From an uncultured Candidatus Saccharibacteria bacterium (lineage in GTDB: Bacteria; Patescibacteriota; Saccharimonadia; Saccharimonadales; JACDBH01): a stretch of 64,000 nt of DNA. Below the pieces are notes generated by a model. That model was not told the origin of the DNA. It searched no databases and saw nothing but the letters and a program-made list of their open reading frames with translations. The stretch spans positions 5,593 through 69,592 of the forward strand of contig CAZXOA010000003.1 of NCBI GenBank assembly GCA_964642275.1. Reading direction: 5' to 3'. Positions 23,371 through 33,300 of the stretch are shown piece by piece. A program made the position numbers and the translations under genes. Within the stretch, counting starts at the first letter, position 1. The number at the start of each line of letters is the position of its first letter.

Positions 23371-26136
23371 ATGAAACGTTTCAAAAAAATAGGGTTGGGA
23401 CTAGTTACTGCACCTATTCTTGTAAAATTTACTGTGCTTGTGGTTGTTTTTGTTGCATCTTTTTTTGTGTTAAGCGCACCGCAACACGTGGATGCACAGG
23501 CATATCAGAGCGGAGAGGATATCAAGTTTAGGGATACCGTATATGCTTATGCTGGTATAGATACTAGAAGCGGACGAGACACCTCTGGCTGGGCATTTTA
23601 CTTACCTGAAAATTTTTCTTGCGGGAACAAGGTTATTGTAGACAATCCTGCTACAGAAGGCCGAGTGTCGCTTCGCGATACGTTCCCATATACAGATGCT
23701 CAAAATCCAATCATTGGTGATTGTTGGGCCGCAAGTATAGACAGCGATCTAGACTGTTATGCAGTTGGTGGTGTTCCAGTAGCTAATGTTGGCTGTGTGA
23801 CTGGCAGTGTGACCGGGGGACCCGGAATCGCTACTGCACTAGAAAATGCTGATACACAAGACGTGTGCGAAAACTCTGCAAATGGGACTTGGACAAATGG
23901 GAGTTGTGACCTTGGAGCAAGCAGAGCAAGCACGAGAGACGATGCTTCGAGCACAGGGGAGGAACTTGCTAACACCTGCGAGAGTAGAAGTGGCGCATGG
24001 GGGTGGCTGCTTTGTTCTGGCATCGATCTTTTAGACGGCATGATTAACTGGGTCGATAATCAGATCCAACGCCTGCTTGAGGTCAATCAGGACAGGTACA
24101 CCAATGACGCGCTCAAACGTGCGTGGGCAACCCTTAGGAACATCTCATACATGATCCTCATCCCCATCATGCTCGTTATGGTTATTGGTACAGCTATAGG
24201 GCTTGAGACATTTAGCGCCTACACCGTACGCAAGGCGCTACCGCGCATGGTAATAGCTATAATATTCATTGCGCTGTCCTGGTATATCTGTGTATTTATG
24301 ATTGGTATGTTTAATGCCATTGGGAGCGGAGTTGTTGGCTTAGTTACCGCTCCCTTTAGAGCAGAGATTGCTGCCAACGAAATCGACCCTGCCTGCGCAG
24401 ATGGCAGCCTCAACCTTACGTGTCTATTCTCTACAGATATCGGAGTGGAAGGAGGGGCCGGAATACTGCGCGGAATTGCCACTACATTTGCTCAGGTTGG
24501 GTTAATTCTTGGCCTTGTCGTGTTCTTGGTATGGCAAGGGGCGATTCTGCTCTTGGGAGCCGTCGCTGCGTTTCTTGTCCTCTTTGCCAGGGAGATGTTT
24601 ATACTTGGGCTCATGTTGATGGCGCCACTTGCCATTCTCGCTTGGATATTCCCGGGTAACGATAAGCTATGGAAAATGTGGTGGAACTCGTTTTCAAAAC
24701 TCCTGATGATGTTTCCGCTCATTATGGGGATTATTGCTGTTGGTAGAATTTTTGCATGGATTATCAATGAAAGCCCAGGCGGTGCGCTAGAGGGCAGTGT
24801 GCTGCATCCAATCATGAAGCTGACCGCCTATCTGTTACCATACGCATTTATACCATTCACCTTTAAAATGGCTGGCGGCGTTTTTGCTAATCTCGCCGGA
24901 ATTGTTAATGACAAAGACAAGGGCCTTATCGACAGGGCCAAAAACCTTCGTGGTGGCCTGGCCAAGAAGGGCCACGAGACCCTTATGGATGGAAAAGGCC
25001 GTTTTGGTTCAGCAGACAGCAGGCTTGGCAACGCCTACAGGCGTAGTGCGAATTTTGGCAGACACGGTAGTTTAAGTCCTTTCGGAAGGGGTAAGAGCCG
25101 CTGGGAAGAATATGAAAAAATGCATCGTGAAAAAGTTGCTGACAAACTGCTTGAGGAGGGCGGCGGTAGAGCATTTAACGATGACGATGCCTCTGCTTTA
25201 CTCATACGAAAGGGGATGGATCGAAAGACTTTTGTTGCCGAGTATTCAAAGATGCTTCGTGAGGGGCGAGATAGTGGGAAGCGTGCAGACCTACAGGGCG
25301 TAAGCGATGCGCATATATCCGAACTAGCTGAGAACGCTCTATCAAGATCTGAACAGGCAGTAGGGGCTAGGGCTGGCAGCGCGACGATGCGTGTTGCTGC
25401 TCAGAAGTTCCGTACTGCTATGACAAATACTGCCTATGATCCTGGCAAGAAGGGTTTGGCAGATCTGCAGAAGGACCTCAAGTCATTGCAAGATGATGGC
25501 TTAATTACAGATGTAGATGCAGCGGGCTGGATGAAGTCAAACAGGGGTCGTGCTGATTTCAGCGCCAATGGATTCTCTGACACGATTAGCTTCGCAGGTG
25601 CGAAAATAAAGGCGGATGGCAGTACATATTCCGCCGCAGACCAATTAGCTGCCGCCTTCAGGGGAGCCGACCCTAGAGAGGTCGTAGGTAGCCACCAGAG
25701 AACCGTTGAAGGGTTCGCCGAACAAGCCGAGGAGAATCTCAAGGTCGCTCTTGCAAGTGGTTCCCAACGAGATATAGATCTTGCACTTGCAGACGTCGCA
25801 AACATATTCGATACAATGTCCAACATATCCACTAAAAAGGCACAGGTCTGGGCCGATAAGGTATACTCGATGCCCACCAGCATCGAACAGGAAGTGGTTA
25901 CCGGTGTAGGTGGAGTCAGGTATGACGTTGAGGACGGCAAAGCAATTCCTATTCCTGGACCAGACATAAGAAGAGAGTCTCGGAAACCTTCTGTAAGAGA
26001 ACTTATGGATCAAGCACGAACTACAAGTGATACTTTCCTCAATCGCAGAAGAGAGTATGGGAGTGCTCGTGATGCCCACTTAGCAGGAAGTGCCGCCGAG
26101 GCGACGAGACCGCCAGACCCCCCTGGAGGACCGTAG
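23371..26136 (+). CDS. VirB6/TrbL-like polytopic membrane protein with N-terminal exposed Cys-rich domain and long C-terminal soluble domain
   Basis: Track ORF is 927 aa from 23353; ATG 23371 gives MKRFKKIGLGL... with a signal-like segment ending VDA|QA. Central ~330 aa holds about 7 hydrophobic helices (e.g. ILIPIMLVMVIGTAIGL, MVIAIIFIALSWYICVFMIGMF, LLLGAVAAFLVLFAREMFILGLMLMAPLAILAWIF). Position directly upstream of PrgI/VirB3-like and VirB4 genes. Confidence 0.7.
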   Translation: MKRFKKIGLGLVTAPILVKFTVLVVVFVASFFVLSAPQHVDAQAYQSGEDIKFRDTVYAYAGIDTRSGRDTSGWAFYLPENFSCGNKVIVDNPATEGRVSLRDTFPYTDAQNPIIGDCWAASIDSDLDCYAVGGVPVANVGCVTGSVTGGPGIATALENADTQDVCENSANGTWTNGSCDLGASRASTRDDASSTGEELANTCESRSGAWGWLLCSGIDLLDGMINWVDNQIQRLLEVNQDRYTNDALKRAWATLRNISYMILIPIMLVMVIGTAIGLETFSAYTVRKALPRMVIAIIFIALSWYICVFMIGMFNAIGSGVVGLVTAPFRAEIAANEIDPACADGSLNLTCLFSTDIGVEGGAGILRGIATTFAQVGLILGLVVFLVWQGAILLLGAVAAFLVLFAREMFILGLMLMAPLAILAWIFPGNDKLWKMWWNSFSKLLMMFPLIMGIIAVGRIFAWIINESPGGALEGSVLHPIMKLTAYLLPYAFIPFTFKMAGGVFANLAGIVNDKDKGLIDRAKNLRGGLAKKGHETLMDGKGRFGSADSRLGNAYRRSANFGRHGSLSPFGRGKSRWEEYEKMHREKVADKLLEEGGGRAFNDDDASALLIRKGMDRKTFVAEYSKMLREGRDSGKRADLQGVSDAHISELAENALSRSEQAVGARAGSATMRVAAQKFRTAMTNTAYDPGKKGLADLQKDLKSLQDDGLITDVDAAGWMKSNRGRADFSANGFSDTISFAGAKIKADGSTYSAADQLAAAFRGADPREVVGSHQRTVEGFAEQAEENLKVALASGSQRDIDLALADVANIFDTMSNISTKKAQVWADKVYSMPTSIEQEVVTGVGGVRYDVEDGKAIPIPGPDIRRESRKPSVRELMDQARTTSDTFLNRRREYGSARDAHLAGSAAEATRPPDPPGGP

Positions 26137-26139
26137 TAC

Positions 26140-27264
26140 ATGGCGACATATAAAGTACTCCAAGACATCGAGGCAGAGGACAAGCTGTTTGGGCCGTTTA
26201 CGCTCAAGCAATTTATCTTTGGCGGTGTTACGGCAGTTATTATTTTTATTCTCTTTCAGATACTCGTGTCTCCGCTGCCGATATTCTTGAAGGCTCCTTT
26301 GGTCTTTGTGTTTATCCCGCCGCTTAGTCTCTTTGGATTCATGGCGGCACCGATAAGTCGCGACCAGCCAAATGATATTTGGCTGCTGGCGCGGCTGCGG
26401 TTTTTATTCAAGCCCCGGACTCGTATCTGGAGCCAGGACGGCATCAGCGAACTGGTTACCATAACAGCCCCCAAGCAAGACACCCATGTATATACAAACA
26501 GTATCTCCCAAACCGAGGTAAAGAGCCGCTTGCAAGCACTTGCCAACACAGTGGACACGCGGGGCTGGGCCACAAAGAACGTCAACACGAATTTGTTTAC
26601 TCAGCCAGACTACATATCCAGTGCTCAGTCAGACCGCCTGATAGATGCCGCGGAATTGCCGCAAGATACAGCTATCGTTAATGTCACTGCAGCCGACGAC
26701 GTTATGGATCCGCTCAACAATTCCACTGCGCAGCATCTGGATCAGCTGATCCAAGCTTCGACAGCCGCCCACAAGCAGCAGGCAATTGCTCAAATGACAA
26801 CACCCGCACCGCAGCCAGCAACTCCCGCAGCGGGCCAGGACTACTACTTTATGAATCAGCCGCAACCGCCGTCCGAGCCGCTGCCAACAAATTACGCGAC
26901 GTTTGATGCAAGTCAGGTTGTACAGCCCGGCGCAAACGACGTGGTTGCGTCTGCCCAATCCACTGCCGAAGAAGATGTGCTAGCACATAAATTACGTGAA
27001 GAGAAGCAACAAGCCGTGTCTCATATCAAGGATCGCATGAAGGTTGTCACACCACTGCACGACCAAGACGGCAACCTAGTCTCACCAACCCCTTTGCCCC
27101 AAGCTATACAGGCACGGCCAGCTCCTGTTCAGCAAAGTCCGAATAACCCCGCTCTGCAGCAACTCTCGCAGAACAACGACCTCAACATCTCGACCATTGC
27201 AAGACAAGCCAAGCAAGCGCAAGACAGCGGTGATGATAGTGAAGTGGTAATCTCTCTGCATTAG
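26140..27264 (+). CDS. PrgI/VirB3-like small-membrane-domain protein with long Gln/Pro/Ala-rich C-terminal extension
   Basis: N-terminus MATYKVLQDIEAEDKLFGPFTLKQFIFGGVTAVIIFILFQ... plus a second TM, as in PrgI-family (VirB3-like) proteins. About 250 extra low-complexity residues. Confidence 0.65.
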   Translation: MATYKVLQDIEAEDKLFGPFTLKQFIFGGVTAVIIFILFQILVSPLPIFLKAPLVFVFIPPLSLFGFMAAPISRDQPNDIWLLARLRFLFKPRTRIWSQDGISELVTITAPKQDTHVYTNSISQTEVKSRLQALANTVDTRGWATKNVNTNLFTQPDYISSAQSDRLIDAAELPQDTAIVNVTAADDVMDPLNNSTAQHLDQLIQASTAAHKQQAIAQMTTPAPQPATPAAGQDYYFMNQPQPPSEPLPTNYATFDASQVVQPGANDVVASAQSTAEEDVLAHKLREEKQQAVSHIKDRMKVVTPLHDQDGNLVSPTPLPQAIQARPAPVQQSPNNPALQQLSQNNDLNISTIARQAKQAQDSGDDSEVVISLH

Positions 27265-27370
27265 CAGAAAATATCACCTTGCCACTAGCTACTAGTCACT
27301 GGTTGCCAAATCATCTATAATCTATCTGAAGATCAACTCTTCTTGTAAGGTGGGCATATAATTACTATTT

Positions 27371-28282
27371 ATGGATCCAAATAATCAGATTCCGACTCCT
27401 TATCCCCAAGCAGGCGATCAGCCTGCGCCTGCAAACATAGCCCCCGGCAGTGTCCCGATTGGTCCACAAGGGCAGTATACGCAACCTGGATATGCCCCCC
27501 AGGCACAAGCCGCAAATACCGGACAAACCGCGGCGCCGGTCAGGCAGACAAACCCCAATAGTACCCAGAATACCCTCCAGGTTGCCGAGGTAAGGGATGG
27601 TATTGTTATCATGAACGATGGCTCATTCCGGTCGGTGCTTATGCTCAGGAGCATTAACTTTGACCTTATGAGCCCGCAGGAACGCGAATCTGTTGAGTAT
27701 GCATACCAAGGATTCCTGAATTCGCTTTATTTTCCAATCCAGATACTGGTGCGCTCGCGCAAGGTTGATATCCGGCCCTACATAGAGAAGCTCGACAAAA
27801 TCCGCTCAGAACATGACAACATGCTGCTGGCACTGCTTATGGAAGACTATATTGACTTCATGGGCAATATCGCCATGCAGACAAACATCATGGATAAACA
27901 ATTTTATATCGTGGTGCCTTTTATACCCGAAGGCCTTGAGGCTCAGAAGGCAATTGAGGCAAGTAAAAACTTTATGAATAACCTGCTTGGGGCATTCAAA
28001 AAAAGCCAGGAACAGCACGTAACCATAAACGAGGCCGATCTGGAAGCTGCAAAGACAGAGCTGCGCAATCGCGTGCAGGCGGTTTTGGCGGGCCTGCTTC
28101 AAACTGGCGTGCAGGGCCTGCCGCTCGATACTCAGGAACTCATTGAGCTTTTCTATGACACCTACAACCCGGATACGGCAACCCGGCAGCAGCTTCGCAA
28201 CTTTGGCGACCTTACAGCTCCTGTTGTCACCAAGGGCCAGGGAGAGGCAACGCAGCCAAATCTTCAGAAGGAACTAAGATGA
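27371..28282 (+). CDS. hypothetical protein resembling a VirB4/TrbE N-terminal domain without an ATPase domain
   Basis: 303 aa. Pro/Gln-rich N-terminus, then VRDGIVIMNDGSFRSVLMLRSINFDLMSPQERESVEYAYQGFLNSLYFPIQILVRSRKVD. No Walker motifs. Confidence 0.5.
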   Translation: MDPNNQIPTPYPQAGDQPAPANIAPGSVPIGPQGQYTQPGYAPQAQAANTGQTAAPVRQTNPNSTQNTLQVAEVRDGIVIMNDGSFRSVLMLRSINFDLMSPQERESVEYAYQGFLNSLYFPIQILVRSRKVDIRPYIEKLDKIRSEHDNMLLALLMEDYIDFMGNIAMQTNIMDKQFYIVVPFIPEGLEAQKAIEASKNFMNNLLGAFKKSQEQHVTINEADLEAAKTELRNRVQAVLAGLLQTGVQGLPLDTQELIELFYDTYNPDTATRQQLRNFGDLTAPVVTKGQGEATQPNLQKELR

Positions 28283-28289
28283 TAGGGAA

Positions 28290-28317
28290 ATTTTCAATTT
28301 TCAATTTTCAATTTTCA
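28290..28317. repeat. heptanucleotide tandem repeat ATTTTCA x4
   Basis: Read directly: attttca attttca attttca attttca, followed by degenerate atca/atcatca. Confidence 0.95.
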
Positions 28318-28367
28318 ATCAATCATCAATGCCATGATGAATTAAATAGCGCTGCGCAGCAGCTGCC

Positions 28368-28403
28368 TTCATTGCAAATTGTTCATTGCAAATTGTTCAT
28401 TGC
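28368..28403. repeat. 14-nt tandem repeat TTCATTGCAAATTG x2.6
   Basis: Read directly: ttcattgcaaattg ttcattgcaaattg ttcattgc. Ends 18 nt before the virB4 ATG, just upstream of SD GAAAGGAG. Confidence 0.95.
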
Positions 28404-28421
28404 TCCTGAAAGGAGCGTCTG

Positions 28422-30341
28422 ATGGCTTTTGGCAAAAAAAATGATGCCGCTGCAAGCGACCCTGTTGCATTGGCCCAGGCTCAGAGGCTCCGTGAAGAGC
28501 AAGAGGTACAGGCAGCATTCCAAAAAGGCATTACCGCGCTACGCGATTTTATTGCCCCAAGTTCGATCGAATTCCAGAGCGGATTTTTCCGCATCGGCAC
28601 ACGTTATGCGCGAACTTTTTATGTCTACGGCTATCCAAGACAGATCTTCACTGGCTGGCTCAGCGGCATGGTTAATCTTGATGAAGTCATCGACCTGAGT
28701 ATGTTTATCTATCCCGTGGAGAGTCAAGTGGTGCTCGAAAACCTCCGCAAAAAGGTCACCCAGCTCGAAGCTGGTCTGCAAATCGATGCCGAGAAGGGCC
28801 GTGTCCGCGACCCGGGCAAGCAGGCGGCAATCCAGGACGCTGAAGAAATGCGCGACAAACTGCAGGTAGGCGAAGAGCGATTTTTCCGTCTTGGCCTTTA
28901 CTTTACCCTGTACGCTGGCAGCCAGGAAGAGCTTGAGTTTGTCACCCACAAGGTTGAGTCTCTGCTTGGCCAGCAGCTCGTCTACAGCAAGCCCGCCAGC
29001 GCTCAGCAAGAGCAAGGACTCAACAGCAGCGTGCCTCAGTTTACCGACCAATTGCAGATCAGGCGCAACATGAACACCGGAGCCCTGAGCACAACTTTTC
29101 CGTTTACATCGGCAGATCTCAGTCAGGAAAACGGCATTATGTATGGTATTAATATGCACAACTCAGGGCTGGTTATCTTTGACCGTTTCTCTCTCGAAAA
29201 CGGTAACTCAGTGGTGTTTGCCAAGTCTGGTGCTGGTAAAAGTTTTGCTGTGAAGCTCGAAGCATTGCGATCGCTTATGTTCGGCACCGAGATATTTATT
29301 ATCGACCCGGAGAACGAATACCAGCGCATGGCCGAAGCGGTTGGTGGAGCCTATGTACGGCTCAGTCTCAACTCTGTCACCCGCATCAATCCGTTTGACC
29401 TCCCTCAGGTTGTCGACAGCGAGGAGGCTGACAATGCACTGCGGAGCAACCTCATCACCCTTCACGGGCTCCTACGCCTCATGATGGGCGGAGCACAGGC
29501 GCAGATGGCAGGACAGCAAGCCGGTGCAATCATGCCAGCCCTGAGCCCGGTCGAGGAGGCTGATCTCGATGCAGCGCTTATCGAGACGTACGCTCGGGCA
29601 GGGATTACCAACGATCCGCTCACACACCAGTCGCCAGCTCCGACTATTGCCGACCTGTACGACGTACTCCTGCACATGGGTAATACCGGGCCGCAGCTTG
29701 CCCAGCGGCTGCGCAAGTACACCAGCGGTACTTTTGCGGGTATTTTCAGCCAGCCGAGCAATATCGATATCAACAATCCGTTGGTAGTATTCAATGTCCG
29801 TGACCTCGAGGACGAACTTCGTCCAGTAGCAATGTATATTGTCCTGAACTATATCTGGAACAAAACCAAGGCTGACCAAAAGCGCCGTATTCTAGTGGTC
29901 GACGAAGCCTGGCAGCTTATGAAGTATGAAGATTCGGCCAGCTTCTTATTCTCATTAGCCAAGCGAGCGCGCAAGTACAACCTGGGTATCACTACTATTA
30001 CGCAAGATGTTGAAGATTTTATGGGCTCACGTATGGGTCGTGCAATTGTTGCCAACGCCAGTATGCAGCTGCTGCTCAAGCAGTCTACATCTGCGGTTGA
30101 CGTCTTGTCGGAGGTGTTTAAGTTGACGAGCGAAGAGAAGAAACGGCTTAGTCAATTCCCGGTTGGGCAGGGACTGTTCTTTGCCGGGCAAAATCATGTT
30201 CATATTCAGATTTTGGCCAGCCCAACCGAACAAGGGCTTATAACCACCAACCCATCACAAGTACAGGCCATGGAGGCTGGCGAAATAAGCCAGGGGCAAG
30301 GTACAATAGACCTTGATAACAGATTAGCTCCAGGGATGTAG
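28422..30341 (+). CDS. virB4: VirB4-family T4SS ATPase
   Basis: 639 aa. Walker A VVFAKSGAGKSF, Walker B RILVVDEAWQLM. N-domain ...FIAPSSIEFQSGFFRIGTRYARTFYVYGYPRQIFTGWL typical of Gram-positive-type VirB4 (PrgJ/TrsE-like). Confidence 0.9.
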   Translation: MAFGKKNDAAASDPVALAQAQRLREEQEVQAAFQKGITALRDFIAPSSIEFQSGFFRIGTRYARTFYVYGYPRQIFTGWLSGMVNLDEVIDLSMFIYPVESQVVLENLRKKVTQLEAGLQIDAEKGRVRDPGKQAAIQDAEEMRDKLQVGEERFFRLGLYFTLYAGSQEELEFVTHKVESLLGQQLVYSKPASAQQEQGLNSSVPQFTDQLQIRRNMNTGALSTTFPFTSADLSQENGIMYGINMHNSGLVIFDRFSLENGNSVVFAKSGAGKSFAVKLEALRSLMFGTEIFIIDPENEYQRMAEAVGGAYVRLSLNSVTRINPFDLPQVVDSEEADNALRSNLITLHGLLRLMMGGAQAQMAGQQAGAIMPALSPVEEADLDAALIETYARAGITNDPLTHQSPAPTIADLYDVLLHMGNTGPQLAQRLRKYTSGTFAGIFSQPSNIDINNPLVVFNVRDLEDELRPVAMYIVLNYIWNKTKADQKRRILVVDEAWQLMKYEDSASFLFSLAKRARKYNLGITTITQDVEDFMGSRMGRAIVANASMQLLLKQSTSAVDVLSEVFKLTSEEKKRLSQFPVGQGLFFAGQNHVHIQILASPTEQGLITTNPSQVQAMEAGEISQGQGTIDLDNRLAPGM

Positions 30342-30344
30342 GGA

Positions 30345-33300
30345 ATGGCAGTATACGACCCCGAAGATCAGGAAAAACAGGCTTTATCCCCATCAGAACT
30401 ATCGAGTAAGGAGGCTGAGCTCGGTAAATCTTATGATGAAAACTCTCGCCATTATCAAAGTGATATGCGCGGCGACAAGCAACGTGATTTGCGTGAACAA
30501 AGGCAAGCATACGACCAAGAAGAAAAAGAAAATCTTGCGAAGAGGCTACGAGATACTTTTCAGGAAGCTCTTGACCAAGATAAAGCCGACGGGAAAGATT
30601 TGGGGTACCTCTATAACCCAAACGATAAGGGCAAAGGAATCCGCGCCACAATCTCTGGCCTAAGTGGAAGGAAGAAGGGTCTCATAGTCGGAGCGGGGGG
30701 CGGTGTTATCGGTGTAGTACTTACCTTGAGTGGTATTTTCGGGTTTTTAAATTCGTTTAAATTAGATCATCTCATTACTAACCTCGACGCTACAGCATTT
30801 GCAAGAGTCAACTCTATGTTTGATCGGAGGAGCAGCAAATGGGTCGCGGCATATGTCAATATCCGCCTTGACGAGCTCGCTGGAGGTCTTGACCGGCTAC
30901 CTGACGGGTCTGTCAACTTTGCCTCAGGCAGAGTTGATACCAACAGACCCTTTACAGACTGGTATCGTACACTCAGATCAAACCGCTTCGAACAAAGAAT
31001 GTTCAATGACCGAGGGATCCACTTTTCGAGTAATGCCACGCCCGATGGGAGAGCACGGTTCGTACGTGTTCAGGTCGGACAATCGATAATAGACAGCCCC
31101 CATTTTGACTCTTCGCTCAATGCGGCTGGAAGACGGCAGCTTATTACCCAAAACCTAGACAATATGACAATGGATATATTTGAAGGTCCCGGAGCCAGTA
31201 AACAGATGCGCAGGCAATTAAGGAGCGACCTTAAGAACGATACGCGTTTCTATCAGGTACTGAAGAGGCGGCATATACGCAAGGATATTCAGAACAAGAT
31301 AGGCGTGAGGGACTGGAGGTTCTTTGAAGTAACCCGTGAAAAGGCGGCCGACAAAAGAAGAGAGTTCAAGAACAAGATGCTGACCAGAATTATTCCAGAA
31401 AGTACAAAAAGCGGCACGTTCCTCTTATGTGTCTTTGGGCTTGGCGCCTGCCAATCTACGGCTGATCCGGCAAGCCCGGAAAGCCGGATGGGAGGTGGAG
31501 CACGAGGCTCACCCCTGGATGAGGGTGACGCTGTTTCAAGAACGGATACTGACGGAAACCAGATAATTGATGAAAGCCGCCGGGGATCAGCCCAGCCGGA
31601 TGCCGATAAGGCAATCCTCGAGGCAAGCCAAGAAGCCGCTGAAGCAGCGGGTGATATTGTAGATGACTTGCCAGGGAGAAAATTCCGTAGCGCATTCATG
31701 AAGAAGATACTCTCTAAAGTGGTGGGGACTATAAATGTCATAAATGTCGTTGACACTATGGACATGCTCCTGCGCATCCACAAGAATATTTTAGGAGGCA
31801 AACTTAGCCACATGGTGATTGCGGCCAGAGCCGCACAAGCGCTCGCAGCATACACCACCTACGGCATTATGAGAGATCAGCTAAAAACCGGGGATGTAAC
31901 ACCGGAGGAACTCGGTTACGCTATGGAGGGCCTAAATGGTATAGCCAATAGTGAAGGTTATGATTTCTTCTTTAAGAGTAGCGGGCAATCAACAGTATCT
32001 GCCATGGCTGACCGCAAGACCTTTTGTAAGGATGATTATGTAAAACAGCCTAAGGATTATTACTTTTTGTGTGATGACACAAAGATTGGTGGGTCATCCA
32101 GAGCCAGCAGCCTGGAGGAAACCTACCAAAGCAACCCCGCCTTTGCTGCGTTTCGCCTCGCCATGGAGGGATACCGAAGGGCCAGGGACAGTTTTATAGG
32201 AAAAATAGTTGGCGGGTTTGCCAACTGGCTTATGGAGAGGTTTAGTGACGTTTTTTCGTTTGTCTTATCGCCTATCCTGAGTCTTTTTGAGGATGAGATG
32301 GAAGCGCTCGTTGCATGGCTCGGAGATAAGATTACCGTGGCACTTGGGGCAGGACCAATACTAACCGGCGACCCTGATGTCGATCACCCAGGGCTAACTA
32401 TGAATATGATCGCACAGGGGGCTGCATACGCTGGCGAGCTCAATGCAAGAATGTCTGGAGCTGCGATAGAAAATGAAGATACAAGAATCTACACAAACAA
32501 AATAACCGCGCAATACCTTGCGGACGAAGAAGCAAGCAAGAGCCTCTACGAACGCTACTTTGCTCTGGACAATCCAAAATCTTTTGCAGCAACTACATTC
32601 TTTGGTTTCATAAACACCTCCTTTAGTAATGTTTTCACAAACGTTGGCCAGGTGTTTAGTAACGGGCTTGCGGTACTCTTTTCGCCAAGGGCCTTAGCAG
32701 CCACAGACTCTTTCGGGGCCGCTGAGTTTGCAGGTCTCGAGACCTATGCTTTCCCGCCCGTTTGTATAGAGAACGATCCACTTACAGTGATGCCGCTTGA
32801 GATGACGAATGCAGATGATCTGGGGTTGATACCCGTTGACGACATCGACTGGAGCCTGTTAGGCAATGAAGAGGCCTTTTGGGAGAAGGTGTATGAGAGC
32901 CTTGACGAAGATAACCAGGATATCGCCCTTAAGGTTTACAATTGCGAACTGCTAGACAAGAGGATTAGGGGAGGTCTGGGCTACACCTCTGGGTACACAG
33001 ATGACGGAGGGCTGGAGGATGGCGACGGAGGAACCGCAAAGGGCGGAGCAAGCGGCCCAATAACTTTGGTTGGTGACTTAGCATTTCCATTAGCTGTACG
33101 AAAATCAAATATCGGGGGTGGTATGTTCACAGGGGGCGACACACAAATCTCAGGTCACCCGTACACGGCTTACGATATTATGGCGCCGAAGGGTACTACA
33201 GTAGTATCCATGACCAATGGGCGGGTCGTACGCGTTTCCCGTGATTGCACTGGTGACACAGTGGCCGCTATAACCGTCAACATCCCAGAGCAAGGGATAT

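Noticed and set aside
28290-28403. Possible CRISPR array
   Set aside because: The repeat units are 7 and 14 nt and directly adjacent, with no spacers. No cas genes are present in the window.
28434-28441. A8 homopolymer early in virB4 as an independent phase-variation tract
   Set aside because: A7-A8 runs also occur in housekeeping contexts here (e.g. rnpA ~41450, 23383-23390), so the tract alone is not unusual. It is mentioned only as context for the repeat-rich spacer.
28539-29159. 206-aa minus-strand ORF inside virB4. Similar antisense ORFs occur at 25434-25967, 31289-31858 and 55788-56270.
   Set aside because: All are antisense to long motif-bearing genes and have low-complexity or Arg/Leu/Ser-rich composition, so they are most likely shadow ORFs.
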